Assembly (NCBI GenBank): GCA_963663235.2
Contig: CAXXNO010000004.1
Location: forward strand, 32,001 to 96,000
Length of the DNA stretch: 64,000 bases
DNA from: Dehalococcoidia bacterium
Lineage (GTDB): Bacteria > Chloroflexota > Dehalococcoidia > Bin125
Reading direction: 5' to 3'
Below are positions 45,806-55,927 of the stretch, piece after piece. A model generated the notes under the pieces. That model saw nothing but the letters and a program-made list of their open reading frames with translations. It had not been told where the DNA came from and ran no database searches. Both the position numbers and the translations under genes were made by a program. How positions within the stretch are numbered: the stretch's first letter is position 1; every line of letters begins with the position of its first letter.

Positions 45806-47953
45806 CTAGCCGGCCCCGGTCTCGATGATCATGTTACCGTACTCATCGACTTCCAGGCTCGCGTCCGGCGGCAAGATTGTCGTGGACGTTCCCTCTTCCA
45901 CAATCGCCGGCCCTGCGAGACGGTTACCGGGCTTCAAGAGATCCCGTGTATAGATCGTGGTCTCCTGGTCGCCGCCGTCGAAATACACCGCCCGCTTGGT
46001 TCGGACCGCGGCGCTGGAATCGGCGCCGCCTTTCTTCCCTTTCTTGATCTCGGGCTTGGCCACGGAAGCGCTGCCAAACACCCGCGCGTGGACGACTTGC
46101 ACCTCCTGCTCCGGGTCGGCGTGACCGTACTCGCGCTCGTGCTCGCTGTGGAAGCGGTCCGTCGCGGCGTCCAGCACATCGTCCGACACTTCCACTTTGC
46201 CGTGCGGCGCGAGATCGAGCTGGATGGAGATCGTGCCGGCCTCGGCCACACGAATATCGTCCTTAGAGGGGATATCACCGGTCTTCGCAGCCAGATCGCC
46301 CAACGAGACCGCAAGCGAATACACCTGGCCATAATACTGGAGGTCCAGGTAGTACTCCATGGCGACATCCTTGGCGGAGATACCCTGCCGCAAAAACGAC
46401 TTGTAGATCGACTCTCGCAGGTCGTTGAAGGTCTCTTCCAAGTCCTCGTTCCGCAGCGCCCGGCGTCGGCGCAGCACAGTCTTGCTGCGGTCTTGCACCA
46501 TATCGACGGTGAGCAGACCCCAGGCCGAGAGAACCCCCGGCGCCGTCGGCACGATTGCCGTCTTCATCCCCAGCTCGCGGGCCAGGTTGGAGACGTACAT
46601 CGGCCCACCGCCGCCAAGCCCCACCAGGGCGAAGTCGCGCGGGTCGTAACCCTTCTCCACCGTGACGTAGCGGATCGCCTGCATGAGGTTGTTTTCCATG
46701 ATCTTGAGCAGGCCGTCCGCGGCCTCCTCCAGCCCGAGGCTGAGTGGATTCCCGACCGTCTCGGCGATCGCCTTCTCGGCCAGGTCCTTCCGGATTTTCA
46801 TTTCGCCGCCCAGGAATTGATCGGGATCGATGCGGCCGAGGACGACCTGTCCGTCGGTGGATGTCGGTTCGGCGCCGCCGATGTCGTAGCACACCGGGCC
46901 TGGGTCCGCGCCGGCGCTCTGGGGGCCAACGTGGAGGATCCCGCCTTCATCGATCCAGGCGATGGAGCCGCCGCCCGCCCCGATGGACACCACGTCCACG
47001 GACGGGAAGAGAATCGGCATGCCCCACTCAACGACGAGCGGGCTGGTCCAGCGGGTTCGCGATTCGACGATCACCGAGACATCGGCGCTGGTGCCGCCGA
47101 TGTCGATGCCCACCAACTCCGACCGCCCGATCATCTGCGAGAGCCGCTGCAACGCCATGGCGCCGCCGGCCGGCCCGGACCGGGCCATCTTGGCGGGCAC
47201 GCTCTTCGCTTCGTCGAGGGTGGCCACGCCGCCGTTGGACTGCATGACGGAGACGTCTGTCTTGAGCCCGGCGCCCCGCAGCCCCTCGCTCAGACTGTCC
47301 AAGTACGTCTGCACCTTCGGCCCAACATAAGCATTGGCCGCCACGGTGCTGCCGCGCTCGAACTCGCGCATCTCTTGCGTCACTTCCGATGAGGCGGTCA
47401 CGAACGCGTCGGGCAGCGCCGCCTGCACCAAGTCCTTGACGAGCATCTCGTGCTTGGGGTGCTGATAGGAGTGGATGAAACAAATGGCGACCGCCTCGAT
47501 GTCGCGCGCCTTCAGAGTCTCGATAACGTCCTGGACCTGCTCCTCGTCCAGGGGCGTCGCAACCTCGCCGTTCCAGTAGAGGCGCTCCTTGATCTCCAAC
47601 CGGTTGCGCCGCGGGACCAGAGCCGGCGGCGGCGTCCATTGGGCGTCGTAGAGCTCCTTACGGTTCGCCCGGCGGATCTCCAAGGTGTCGCGGAACCCTT
47701 CCGTGGTCAGGAAGGCGGTCTTGGCGCCGTTCCTCTCGATCAGGGTATTGGTCGCCACGGTCGTGCCATGCTCAAGGCTTTCGACATCGGCCAAGTCGAC
47801 GCCAAGCTTCGCGATACCGATGAGGACGCCGTTCGCGGGGTTCGCGGGGGTCGTCGGCACCTTCGTGATCCGGGTCTCGCCACTGTCCTGGTTGTAGAGC
47901 ACGAAGTCGGTAAACGTACCCCCAACGTCGACACCCAGCCGGAATTTCGTCAT
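45806..47953 (-). CDS. Hydantoinase A/oxoprolinase family ATP-binding subunit
   Basis: GVDVGGTFTD, HGTTVATN, MQSNGG, SGPAGG, DIGGTSAD, GAGGGS, GPQSAGADPGP, GPAIVEE. Confidence 0.95.
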   Translation of the reverse strand: MTKFRLGVDVGGTFTDFVLYNQDSGETRITKVPTTPANPANGVLIGIAKLGVDLADVESLEHGTTVATNTLIERNGAKTAFLTTEGFRDTLEIRRANRKELYDAQWTPPPALVPRRNRLEIKERLYWNGEVATPLDEEQVQDVIETLKARDIEAVAICFIHSYQHPKHEMLVKDLVQAALPDAFVTASSEVTQEMREFERGSTVAANAYVGPKVQTYLDSLSEGLRGAGLKTDVSVMQSNGGVATLDEAKSVPAKMARSGPAGGAMALQRLSQMIGRSELVGIDIGGTSADVSVIVESRTRWTSPLVVEWGMPILFPSVDVVSIGAGGGSIAWIDEGGILHVGPQSAGADPGPVCYDIGGAEPTSTDGQVVLGRIDPDQFLGGEMKIRKDLAEKAIAETVGNPLSLGLEEAADGLLKIMENNLMQAIRYVTVEKGYDPRDFALVGLGGGGPMYVSNLARELGMKTAIVPTAPGVLSAWGLLTVDMVQDRSKTVLRRRRALRNEDLEETFNDLRESIYKSFLRQGISAKDVAMEYYLDLQYYGQVYSLAVSLGDLAAKTGDIPSKDDIRVAEAGTISIQLDLAPHGKVEVSDDVLDAATDRFHSEHEREYGHADPEQEVQVVHARVFGSASVAKPEIKKGKKGGADSSAAVRTKRAVYFDGGDQETTIYTRDLLKPGNRLAGPAIVEEGTSTTILPPDASLEVDEYGNMIIETGAG

Positions 47954-48245
47954 GGCCCTCGCCGTTCCTTTCGCGCCGTCTCACCCGCATCGCCAAGGCT
48001 GCGGGCCTGCAGTTTGCGTCGTTGCGTTCCCTGGGGGACGCGTCCGAACGCCGTCACGGTGGATTCACTCGGAGTGTTGAGCGGGCGGCGCTGGTGCACC
48101 TCCGCTCCACCCGAGTGCCCCCCTTGATAACGGAAGTCTACTCGCCGGTCTAGCCCCTGGAGTGCTCATTTTCTCCACAGCCACCCGCCCTCGCACCTCC
48201 GGCGCACGGGGTGGATCACACCGGATGCGCCCGCAGCGATCGTGG

Positions 48246-50033
48246 TCAGCGGGCCGCGCGCATCTTCCGGCGCAGCGTCTCGGTCACCTCGGCGTCGACC
48301 TCGTACCGGAGCCGGCGCCGATCGACCTCCTTGACGACCACGCCATATTGTGACTTCGCCGAGCCGATCGTCATGTAATCGTCGCGGATGTCCTCCACGA
48401 TCGACTCTGCCGACCGCTCCAGCGGATCGCCGTAGCCGCCGGCGCCGTTGGACCAAAATGACAGCATTTCGCCCGGTCCCACGGGGACGTTGACGGCGAA
48501 GGTGCCCAGATTGCGCTCGCTCTCCGTCCCGGCGTTGACGAACAGTCGCGACGTCCAGCCGCGCCCGCCCCCGAAGACGCCCGGCGGACCCTCCTTCTCC
48601 CGATTGGTGATGTTGGAGAGGGAGCCGGGCACGCGAGGCTCCACCAGTTGATCCAGGCCACAGCCGCCGCGAGTCCTGCCGGCGCCGCCCGAGTCGTTCA
48701 AGAGCATGTGTCGCCAGAAGAGCACCGGATAGCGGCGTTCTTGAAGCTCGCAGGGGATGTTCGTGGAGGACGCGCCAAACGGCGACGCGAGGTTGTTCGC
48801 CCCATCCTTGTATTTTGTGCCGCCCGTGCCACCAAACGCCCAGATGTAGTTGATGAACGGGGCATCGAAGGTGGGGCGCGTATCGTCGCCGGCGAACGTC
48901 GAATTCACGATCGCCGACGGCACCCCGACCGCCCGTTCCGGCAATGCCTTGCCGACGGCCAGCATGGTGGCCCCAGTCGTAGCGTCCATGCTCGTGATGG
49001 CCAGGCCGGAGATGCCGGAAGGCGGCTGCGCCCAGACAATCGAGCCGCGCGTGGCCTTGATCTCGACCACCCGCATAACCCCGGCGTTCATCGGCATAGG
49101 CGGCAGGATGGCGGCCAGACCGATGAAGATCGCGGAGGTCGTTGCGGCGATCGTGCAGTTGATGCCGGACTCGGCGGCGCCATCGCTCGCAGTCAGATCG
49201 AAGATGGCGTGGTCGCCTTCGATATGCAGCGTGAGGCGGATCGTCTTCTTTTCCCCGGTGTGCACGTCCTGGTCGACGCTATCTTCGGATTCGTAGCGGC
49301 CGTCCGGCAGGCTGGCAAAAGCTGCACGCGCCATCCGCTCCGAGTAGGTCTGTATCTCGGCCATCGCGGTCAGCACGGCCTCCACACCGTGCTTGGCGAT
49401 GACGACACGGATCCGCTCCTCGCCAGCGCTGACGGCTGCCACCTGAGCGTGCAGGTCTCCCAGTCGCTCCCATGACTGACGCATGTTCGCCAGCAAGATC
49501 GCGACGATGTCGTTGTTCATCACACCCCGCTTATAGAGCGTGAGCGCCGGAATCCGCACCCCTTCCTCAAAGTGCGTGCGGGCCGCGCAGTTCAGTGACC
49601 CGGCCACCACCCCACCCACATCCGACCAGTGTGCGGTGGACGAGGTGAACGCCACCAGCCGCCCCTCGTGAAATATCGGTTTGACGAAGTGGATGTCGTT
49701 GCAGTGGGTGCTGGCCACGTAGGGATCGTTGATCATGTAGATGTCGCCGGGCTCCATGTTCTCCAGCCCGATGGCGCGCACCACCTCCGGCACAGTGAGC
49801 AGGGTGAGCCCCACGAAGGCGGGGAGATCAAACTCTCCCTGGGTGACGAGCTGGCCCCCGGCGTCGTAGAGTCCGCCCGCAAAGTCATGGCCCTCGTTGA
49901 CCGGAGTCGAGTAGGCGGTCTTCGCCACGACCAGCGCCATCTCGTTGCAGATCGCGGTGAACGCGCTGCGCAACACCTCGAAGGTGATGGGGTCAAGCGC
50001 AGCGCTGGGCTGTCCGCTGGCGCCGTTGCTCAT
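48246..50033 (-). CDS. Hydantoinase B/oxoprolinase family subunit #2
   Basis: DPITFEV, TAYSTPVNEGHDF, NDPY..THCND, HWSDVGG, EEGVRIP, DSGGAG..RGG, GGYGDP. Confidence 0.95.
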   Translation of the reverse strand: MSNGASGQPSAALDPITFEVLRSAFTAICNEMALVVAKTAYSTPVNEGHDFAGGLYDAGGQLVTQGEFDLPAFVGLTLLTVPEVVRAIGLENMEPGDIYMINDPYVASTHCNDIHFVKPIFHEGRLVAFTSSTAHWSDVGGVVAGSLNCAARTHFEEGVRIPALTLYKRGVMNNDIVAILLANMRQSWERLGDLHAQVAAVSAGEERIRVVIAKHGVEAVLTAMAEIQTYSERMARAAFASLPDGRYESEDSVDQDVHTGEKKTIRLTLHIEGDHAIFDLTASDGAAESGINCTIAATTSAIFIGLAAILPPMPMNAGVMRVVEIKATRGSIVWAQPPSGISGLAITSMDATTGATMLAVGKALPERAVGVPSAIVNSTFAGDDTRPTFDAPFINYIWAFGGTGGTKYKDGANNLASPFGASSTNIPCELQERRYPVLFWRHMLLNDSGGAGRTRGGCGLDQLVEPRVPGSLSNITNREKEGPPGVFGGGRGWTSRLFVNAGTESERNLGTFAVNVPVGPGEMLSFWSNGAGGYGDPLERSAESIVEDIRDDYMTIGSAKSQYGVVVKEVDRRRLRYEVDAEVTETLRRKMRAAR

Positions 50034-50064
50034 GGCGATCATCCTTCCGTCAACGCTGTGTCGC

Positions 50065-51852
50065 TCAGTCGCGAGCGTGGGCCTCACGTAGTTCCGCGCG
50101 GAGCTTTTCCGTCGCCGGCAGGTCCAGCTGATACTCCAACGCGCGCTGGTCGATCTCGTTGACGACCACGCCGTACTGCGCGCGAGCGGCGGCGACGGTG
50201 ACGTACTCGTCCTTCACGTCCTCCAGGACTGATTCCACCGGCCGCTTTAGCGCATCGCCGTAGCCGCCCCCTCCAGCCGACCAGAAGGTGATCGACTCAC
50301 CAACTGCCGCTGGCTCGTTCACGGAAAAGATGCCGATGTTGCGCTCGTTCTCGCTGCCGCGGTTGAGCACCAACCCCGCCTTGGCGCCCTCTTCACCTCC
50401 GAAGATGCCGGGCGGGCCGAACCGCTCCCGATCCCCGATACAGGAGATCGTGCCAACGGCGTAGGGGAACTCCACCAGCTGGATCAGCCCCACGCCGCCC
50501 CGCGTGGTCCCGGGGCCGCCCGAATCTTGCACAAACCCGTAACTTCGCCACAAGACGGGATAGCGACGCTCCTGCAACTCCGCCGGGATGTTCTGCGTGC
50601 TCGCCGTATACGGCGAGCCCACGACGTTCGCACCGTCGTGCGAACGCACCGCGCCCAGGCCGCCGAAGCCCCAGACGTAGTTGATAAAGCTGGACTGGAA
50701 CTCCGGCCGCGTATCGAATCCTGCGAAGACAGTGTTGAGGATGCTGAACGGAGTCGCCGCTCCTCGCTCGGGCAACGCCGCGCTCAGCGCTTGCACCACG
50801 CAGCCAATCACGCATTCCATGCTGGTGGCGGCCAAGCCGGAAACGGCCGACGGGGGCTGCGCCCAGACAATCGAACCGCGCTTGGCCTTGATTTCCACGG
50901 TGCGCATGACGCCCGCGTTCATCGGCATGGGCGGAAGGATCGAAGCCAGGCCGAGGAACACAGCCGAGGTCGTCGCGGCAATGGTGCAGTTGATGCCGGA
51001 TTCGGCCGCGGTATCGGATTCCGTAAGGTCAAAGACGGCGTGATCGCCCGCAACGGTCAGCTTGAGTTTGATCAGCTTCGGTTCGCCGGTGTGCACGTCC
51101 TGATCGACGCGGTCTTCACCCTCGTAAACGCCGTCCGGCAGACTTACCCACGAGGCGCGCGCGAGGCGCTCGGAATGATTCTGCACCTCTTCCATCGCAG
51201 TGAGCACGGTCTCCAGCCCGTGCTTCGCGATCAGCGCCCGGATCCGTGCCTCTCCGGCCTTCACGGCCGCGATCTGCGCGTTCAGGTCACCGATCCGCTC
51301 CCATGACTCACGCATATTGGCGAGCAAGATCGTCAAGATGTCCTTGTTGAGGACGCCTTGGCGATAGATCTTGAGCGCCGGGATGCGCACGCCCTCCTCG
51401 AAATGGCTACGCGCTCGACAGTTCAGCGATCCGGGTGCCACTCCCCCGACGTCCGACCAGTGCGCCGTCGACGCGGTGAACGCAACGAGCTGTCCGTCGT
51501 GGAAGATCGGCCTGACCTGATGAATGTCGTTGCAGTGGGTACTGGCAACGTAGGGATCGTTGATCATGTAGATGTCGCCGGGCTCCATGTTCTCCAGCCC
51601 GATGGCCCGGATGACTTCCGGCACGGTCAGCATGGTCAGGCCCACGAAGGCCGGCAGATCGGTTTCGCCCTGGCTCACCAGCTTGCCGTGCCGGTCATAG
51701 ACCGTGCCCGCAAAGTCGCGCCCCTCGTTGATCGGCGTGGAGTACGCCGTCTTCGCCACGACCAGGGCCATCTCGTTGCAGACCGCCGCGAACGCGTTGC
51801 GCAGCACTTCGTACGTAATCGGATCAACCGACATCCCGCTGCTGGACGCCAT
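50065..51852 (-). CDS. Hydantoinase B/oxoprolinase family subunit #1
   Basis: DPITYEV, TAYSTPINEGRDF, THCND, HWSDVGG, DSGGPG..RGG, GGGGYGD. Confidence 0.95.
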   Translation of the reverse strand: MASSSGMSVDPITYEVLRNAFAAVCNEMALVVAKTAYSTPINEGRDFAGTVYDRHGKLVSQGETDLPAFVGLTMLTVPEVIRAIGLENMEPGDIYMINDPYVASTHCNDIHQVRPIFHDGQLVAFTASTAHWSDVGGVAPGSLNCRARSHFEEGVRIPALKIYRQGVLNKDILTILLANMRESWERIGDLNAQIAAVKAGEARIRALIAKHGLETVLTAMEEVQNHSERLARASWVSLPDGVYEGEDRVDQDVHTGEPKLIKLKLTVAGDHAVFDLTESDTAAESGINCTIAATTSAVFLGLASILPPMPMNAGVMRTVEIKAKRGSIVWAQPPSAVSGLAATSMECVIGCVVQALSAALPERGAATPFSILNTVFAGFDTRPEFQSSFINYVWGFGGLGAVRSHDGANVVGSPYTASTQNIPAELQERRYPVLWRSYGFVQDSGGPGTTRGGVGLIQLVEFPYAVGTISCIGDRERFGPPGIFGGEEGAKAGLVLNRGSENERNIGIFSVNEPAAVGESITFWSAGGGGYGDALKRPVESVLEDVKDEYVTVAAARAQYGVVVNEIDQRALEYQLDLPATEKLRAELREAHARD

Positions 51853-51956
51853 AGACACTCCCCCCGACCGCACGGAAATCGAATGGGCGCAGTATAGGCG
51901 GCCTCCGTCTGGAGCGGCAACGGCCGCACCGCCTCGGCTTCGACGCCGGCTGGGGC

Positions 51957-52748
51957 TCAGCGACTGGAGGGGAAGCTCGGCTCCCGCTTTTCCTGAATGG
52001 CGGCCACGCCCTCTTGGATGTCCGGGCCCATGAACTGCATCATCTCCAAGGCCGCCGAGGTATCGAACGTCGGTCCAGCCATGCGCAACCAGTTGTTGAG
52101 CACGTACTTCGTCGACTGAATGGCGAGAGCGGACCCGCACGCCAGACGGTCGGCAACAGCAGTGGCGCGATCCATCAGTTCCTCGTGAGGGACGCACAGG
52201 CTTACGAGGCCGATCTGCTCCGCCAGGCGCCCGTCGATCTGTTCGGACGTCAAGAGGTAGTACTTCGCGCGGGCCATGCCGCAGAGGAGCGGCCAGATGA
52301 TGGCGGCGTGGTCGCCGGCGGTCACGCCGATTCGCGTATGCCCGTCCATGAGCTTGGCTTTGTCCGAGGCCACGCTCACATCGGCGAGCAGCGCCACGGC
52401 GATGCCCGCTCCAATTGCCCAGCCGTTGATCGCCGAGACGATCGGCTTGTCGAGATTGATCATGTTGTAGACGATATCGCGCGCTTCCTTCAGCAGCCGC
52501 GTCACGCGTTCGAAGTCGGCGAGGTCTTGGCCGACCAGGTCGCCTCCGGCGCAGAACGCGCGGCCCGCACCGGTGATCAACGCCACCCGAGTCTCGGGGT
52601 CATCGCCGATATCGCGCCAGATCCGCCCCAACTCCATGTGCAGCCGGTCGTTGACCCCATTCATCGCCTCGGGCCGGTTGATGGTGATCTTCAGGACACC
52701 GTTCGGGAGGCGTTCCGTGAGCAAGAACTGGTAGTTCGAGTAGTCCAT
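51957..52748 (-). CDS. Enoyl-CoA hydratase/isomerase (crotonase) family
   Basis: [45 protein letters not shown]. Confidence 0.92.
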   Translation of the reverse strand: MDYSNYQFLLTERLPNGVLKITINRPEAMNGVNDRLHMELGRIWRDIGDDPETRVALITGAGRAFCAGGDLVGQDLADFERVTRLLKEARDIVYNMINLDKPIVSAINGWAIGAGIAVALLADVSVASDKAKLMDGHTRIGVTAGDHAAIIWPLLCGMARAKYYLLTSEQIDGRLAEQIGLVSLCVPHEELMDRATAVADRLACGSALAIQSTKYVLNNWLRMAGPTFDTSAALEMMQFMGPDIQEGVAAIQEKREPSFPSSR

Positions 52749-52942
52749 TCCAACGCGTCCTCTCTGACTGCGATCAATACGAGGTGCCCGTTCCGCCGCC
52801 GCGAAGCCGCGGTTGGGGCAGACGCCGCGGGCAGGGTACTCCCGTTATGCCCTTCGGGGGCAGATCGGACTCCCGCCCGGCAGGCCAGCGCGTTTCAGCG
52901 GCTCCTCCCGAGATCGGCGGGGTGGCGCAGGGTGCTCGCTGG

Positions 52943-54040
52943 TTAGGAAGGGCCGGCCTCGGCGGGCACTCCGCCTTCCACGGCGGCTTCCGCCTTCGCG
53001 ATGAGAACATCCTCGCCGGACCGCTTTGCCTTCAGCCGCCCATACCAGGCATCCACGGAGGAATCGGCGAGCGGGAAGCATGTCGACCACCAGGTCGGCG
53101 TCGCGCCCTCTTCGCCGCTTCCTTGGATCGCCACCAGCGGAGGGGGTCCCGTCGAGCAGCGCTCCTCCACCAGCGGGCAGCGCGGCGCCAGCGGGCAGCC
53201 GGGCGGCAAGTCGATGGGGCTCGGGATCTCTCCCCTCAGACGCAGCCGCTCGCGGCTCCGGTGGGGATCCGGGAGCAGGACCGAGGACAGCAACGCCTCG
53301 CTGTAGGGATGCGTGGGCCGCGCGAAGACTTCCTCAATCGGCCCGGTCTCGACGATCTGGCCCAGATACATGATGGCTAGCCGGTGGCTGATGGCCCGCA
53401 CGGCGCTGAGGTCGTGCGAGATGAAGATGTAGGCAATGTTTTGCTCTTCCTGCAGGCGGCGCAGGATCCCGATGATGCGCACGCTGACCGACAGATCCAG
53501 CAAGCCGGTCGGCTCATCCAGCACGATGAACCGTGGCCGAGTGGCAATGGCCCGGGCGATCGCCACCTGCTGCTGCTCCGCCTTGCGCAGCGCGCCCGGT
53601 CGCTCCTTGAGCACCCGCTCTTCCAGGTCGGTGAGCTCGAGCACCTCCATGACACGCCGGTCCAGTTCCCGTCGGCCGAGGCTCTCGTGCAGTTGCAGAG
53701 GCTCGGCGATGATGTTCCGGACCCTGAACCGCGGGTTAAAGCCCAGCATGGGATCCTGATACACAATCTGCATCTGGGCCCGCTGCCGTCGCATCGGCTC
53801 CCCGTCCAGCCTGAGGAGGTTGATGCCGTCGAAGCGGATCTCACCGCTATCAGGCTCGGCCAGGCGCAGCACGACGCGACCGAGGGTCGTCTTGCCGGAA
53901 CCGCTTTCGCCCACCAGCCCCACGGTCTCGCCCGCGTGCACGTCCAGGTTCACGCTGCTCACCGCGACCAGCTTCTGCTTGTTCCCCACGATGAAAGTCT
54001 TGGTCAGATTGCGAATCTGCAGAAGCGGCTCGCCGGTCAT
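52943..54040 (-). CDS. Dpp/Opp ABC ATPase (DppF-like), second cluster
   Basis: GESGSGKTT, YQDP, LDEPT, ISHDL, HPYS, GEIPSP. Confidence 0.92.
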   Translation of the reverse strand: MTGEPLLQIRNLTKTFIVGNKQKLVAVSSVNLDVHAGETVGLVGESGSGKTTLGRVVLRLAEPDSGEIRFDGINLLRLDGEPMRRQRAQMQIVYQDPMLGFNPRFRVRNIIAEPLQLHESLGRRELDRRVMEVLELTDLEERVLKERPGALRKAEQQQVAIARAIATRPRFIVLDEPTGLLDLSVSVRIIGILRRLQEEQNIAYIFISHDLSAVRAISHRLAIMYLGQIVETGPIEEVFARPTHPYSEALLSSVLLPDPHRSRERLRLRGEIPSPIDLPPGCPLAPRCPLVEERCSTGPPPLVAIQGSGEEGATPTWWSTCFPLADSSVDAWYGRLKAKRSGEDVLIAKAEAAVEGGVPAEAGPS

Positions 54041-55011
54041 CACGTTTCCTCCCGGACCCAATGGCCGGGCCCAACCGGGCGGTACGGGGGCGACGGCGCC
54101 GGCAGGCTCTCATGCACGAACGGCGGGGCGGCCAGCTGCTCGCTTGGCGTCTCGATATGCGTGTCCACCACATGCTGCTGTGCGCGCGCCTCGCGCGCCG
54201 CGGAGAGGAGTAACCGGCTGTAGGAGTGCTGCGGGTCGGCGAAGAACGAGAGGACCGGCGCAAACTCCAGGATCGTTCCTCCCTTGATGATGGCCACGGT
54301 GTCGCAGTATGCCGCCACCAGGCCCAGGTCGCTGCTGGTGATGATCAGCGACGTGTTGCGCTCCCTTACCAGGGCATGGACATGGTCCATGATCTCGGCC
54401 TGAATCGTCACGTCCAACCCCACCGTGAACTCGTCGCCAAGCAGGAGCCGCGGAGAGCAAGCCATCGCCTTGGCGATGAGGATCCGCTGGGCCATGCCGC
54501 CGCTCATCTCGTGCGGATAGGCGTGAAAGCGAATCTCCGCGTCCGGAAGCCCCATGATCTTGAGAATGTCGATGGCTTGCGCGTGCAGTTCCCGCTTCTT
54601 CATGTCGGGGAAGTGCGAACGCAGCACATCGACGATCTGATGTCCAACGCTCTCCACGGGGTTCAGCGAGAACTTGCCCCCGGGAACGATCATGGCCATC
54701 TCAAGCCCGCGGATCTCCTCCATCTCGGAGCGCGACTTGCTCAGGACGTCCTCGCCCCGGTAGGTGATGCGCCCCGAGACCTGTTCCACCTCTCGGCTCA
54801 GCAGCCGGATAATGGCGAAGAGCAACGGGCTTTTCCCAGAGCCGCTCTCACCTACGATGCCCAGCACTTCGCCGCTGTCCAGCGTGAGGAAGGCGTCTTG
54901 AACCAGCAAACGGTCGTCGACGATGTGCCGCAACGTCAGGCCCGCCACCTCCAAGAGGGGGCCGGGCGCGCCCGCATGCGCGGCGGTCTCCAGTGCCGGC
55001 TCAGTAGCCAC
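54040..55011 (-). CDS. Dpp/Opp ABC ATPase (DppD-like), second cluster
   Basis: GESGSGKS, YPHEMSGGMAQR, GDEFT; H-loop reads SSD. Confidence 0.9.
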   Translation of the reverse strand: MATEPALETAAHAGAPGPLLEVAGLTLRHIVDDRLLVQDAFLTLDSGEVLGIVGESGSGKSPLLFAIIRLLSREVEQVSGRITYRGEDVLSKSRSEMEEIRGLEMAMIVPGGKFSLNPVESVGHQIVDVLRSHFPDMKKRELHAQAIDILKIMGLPDAEIRFHAYPHEMSGGMAQRILIAKAMACSPRLLLGDEFTVGLDVTIQAEIMDHVHALVRERNTSLIITSSDLGLVAAYCDTVAIIKGGTILEFAPVLSFFADPQHSYSRLLLSAAREARAQQHVVDTHIETPSEQLAAPPFVHESLPAPSPPYRPVGPGHWVREET

Positions 55012-55927
55012 GGAGTCCCGATCCTCGCCAGTGGAGTCGGATCGCCTCCCCGATGACCGCCAGGCTGAAGACGGTGAGGCCTAGGAAGATCCCGGGGAAG
55101 ACGGACGGCCACCAGGTCCCGATTTGCATGAGCTCGGCACCGTTCTTGATCATCGCGCCCCACTCCGGCGTGGGCGGCGTCACACCCGCGCCCACGAAGG
55201 TCAAGCCGGACGTCAGCAAGATCGCGTAGCCCATCGTCGGTGAGGCCTGCACCGTCGCGGTCGTGAGCGAGTTGGGCAGGATGTGCGCGAACATGATGCG
55301 GCGGGTTGAGTTGCCCACCGCCCGCTCCGCCTCCACGAAAGTCAGCTCCCGCACCAGCAACGTCTCAGCCCGCACATACCGGAAGAAGATCGGGCTGAAG
55401 AGGAAGGAGAGGACGTAGATCACCTTATCGGTACCCGTGCCGATCACCGCGACCATCGCCAGCGCCACGATAAACACCGGGAACGCCTGCAGGATGTCCA
55501 TGAGCCGGGTCAGCAGTTCGGCCAACGTGCTGGCGACGCGGCCGCGGCCGGGTCCGTACCCCGCCAACAGGCCGAGAAACGCACCGATGAACAGGCCGAT
55601 TAGCGTGGCAGTCAAGCCAATCACCAGGTCGGTGCGCGGCGCCGAGATCGTCCGACTGAAGACATCGGACCCCTTCTCGTCGGTTCCAAAGAGGTGAGAC
55701 GTGCTGGGCGCTTCAAACTGCGCCCTGGCGTCCGGGGCCCTCGGGTCGTAGCCCACCAAGTGCTCGCCGATCCAGGGACCGCCGATGGCGAGAATCACCA
55801 TGATCGTGAAGATCACCAGAGCGGCAGCGAGCAGCGGATCTCGCCGGGCGCCCGCGAGCACGGCCTGCGGTGTCACGCCGGGGGGGCGTCGGAACGGAAT
55901 GCGCGCGGTTTCGGTGGCTCCGGTCAC
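55001..55927 (-). CDS. Dpp/Opp ABC permease (DppC-like), second cluster
   Basis: HLFGTDEKGSDVFSR, FVEA, HILPN, TPEWG, WWPSVFPG. Confidence 0.92.
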   Translation of the reverse strand: MTGATETARIPFRRPPGVTPQAVLAGARRDPLLAAALVIFTIMVILAIGGPWIGEHLVGYDPRAPDARAQFEAPSTSHLFGTDEKGSDVFSRTISAPRTDLVIGLTATLIGLFIGAFLGLLAGYGPGRGRVASTLAELLTRLMDILQAFPVFIVALAMVAVIGTGTDKVIYVLSFLFSPIFFRYVRAETLLVRELTFVEAERAVGNSTRRIMFAHILPNSLTTATVQASPTMGYAILLTSGLTFVGAGVTPPTPEWGAMIKNGAELMQIGTWWPSVFPGIFLGLTVFSLAVIGEAIRLHWRGSGLRGY

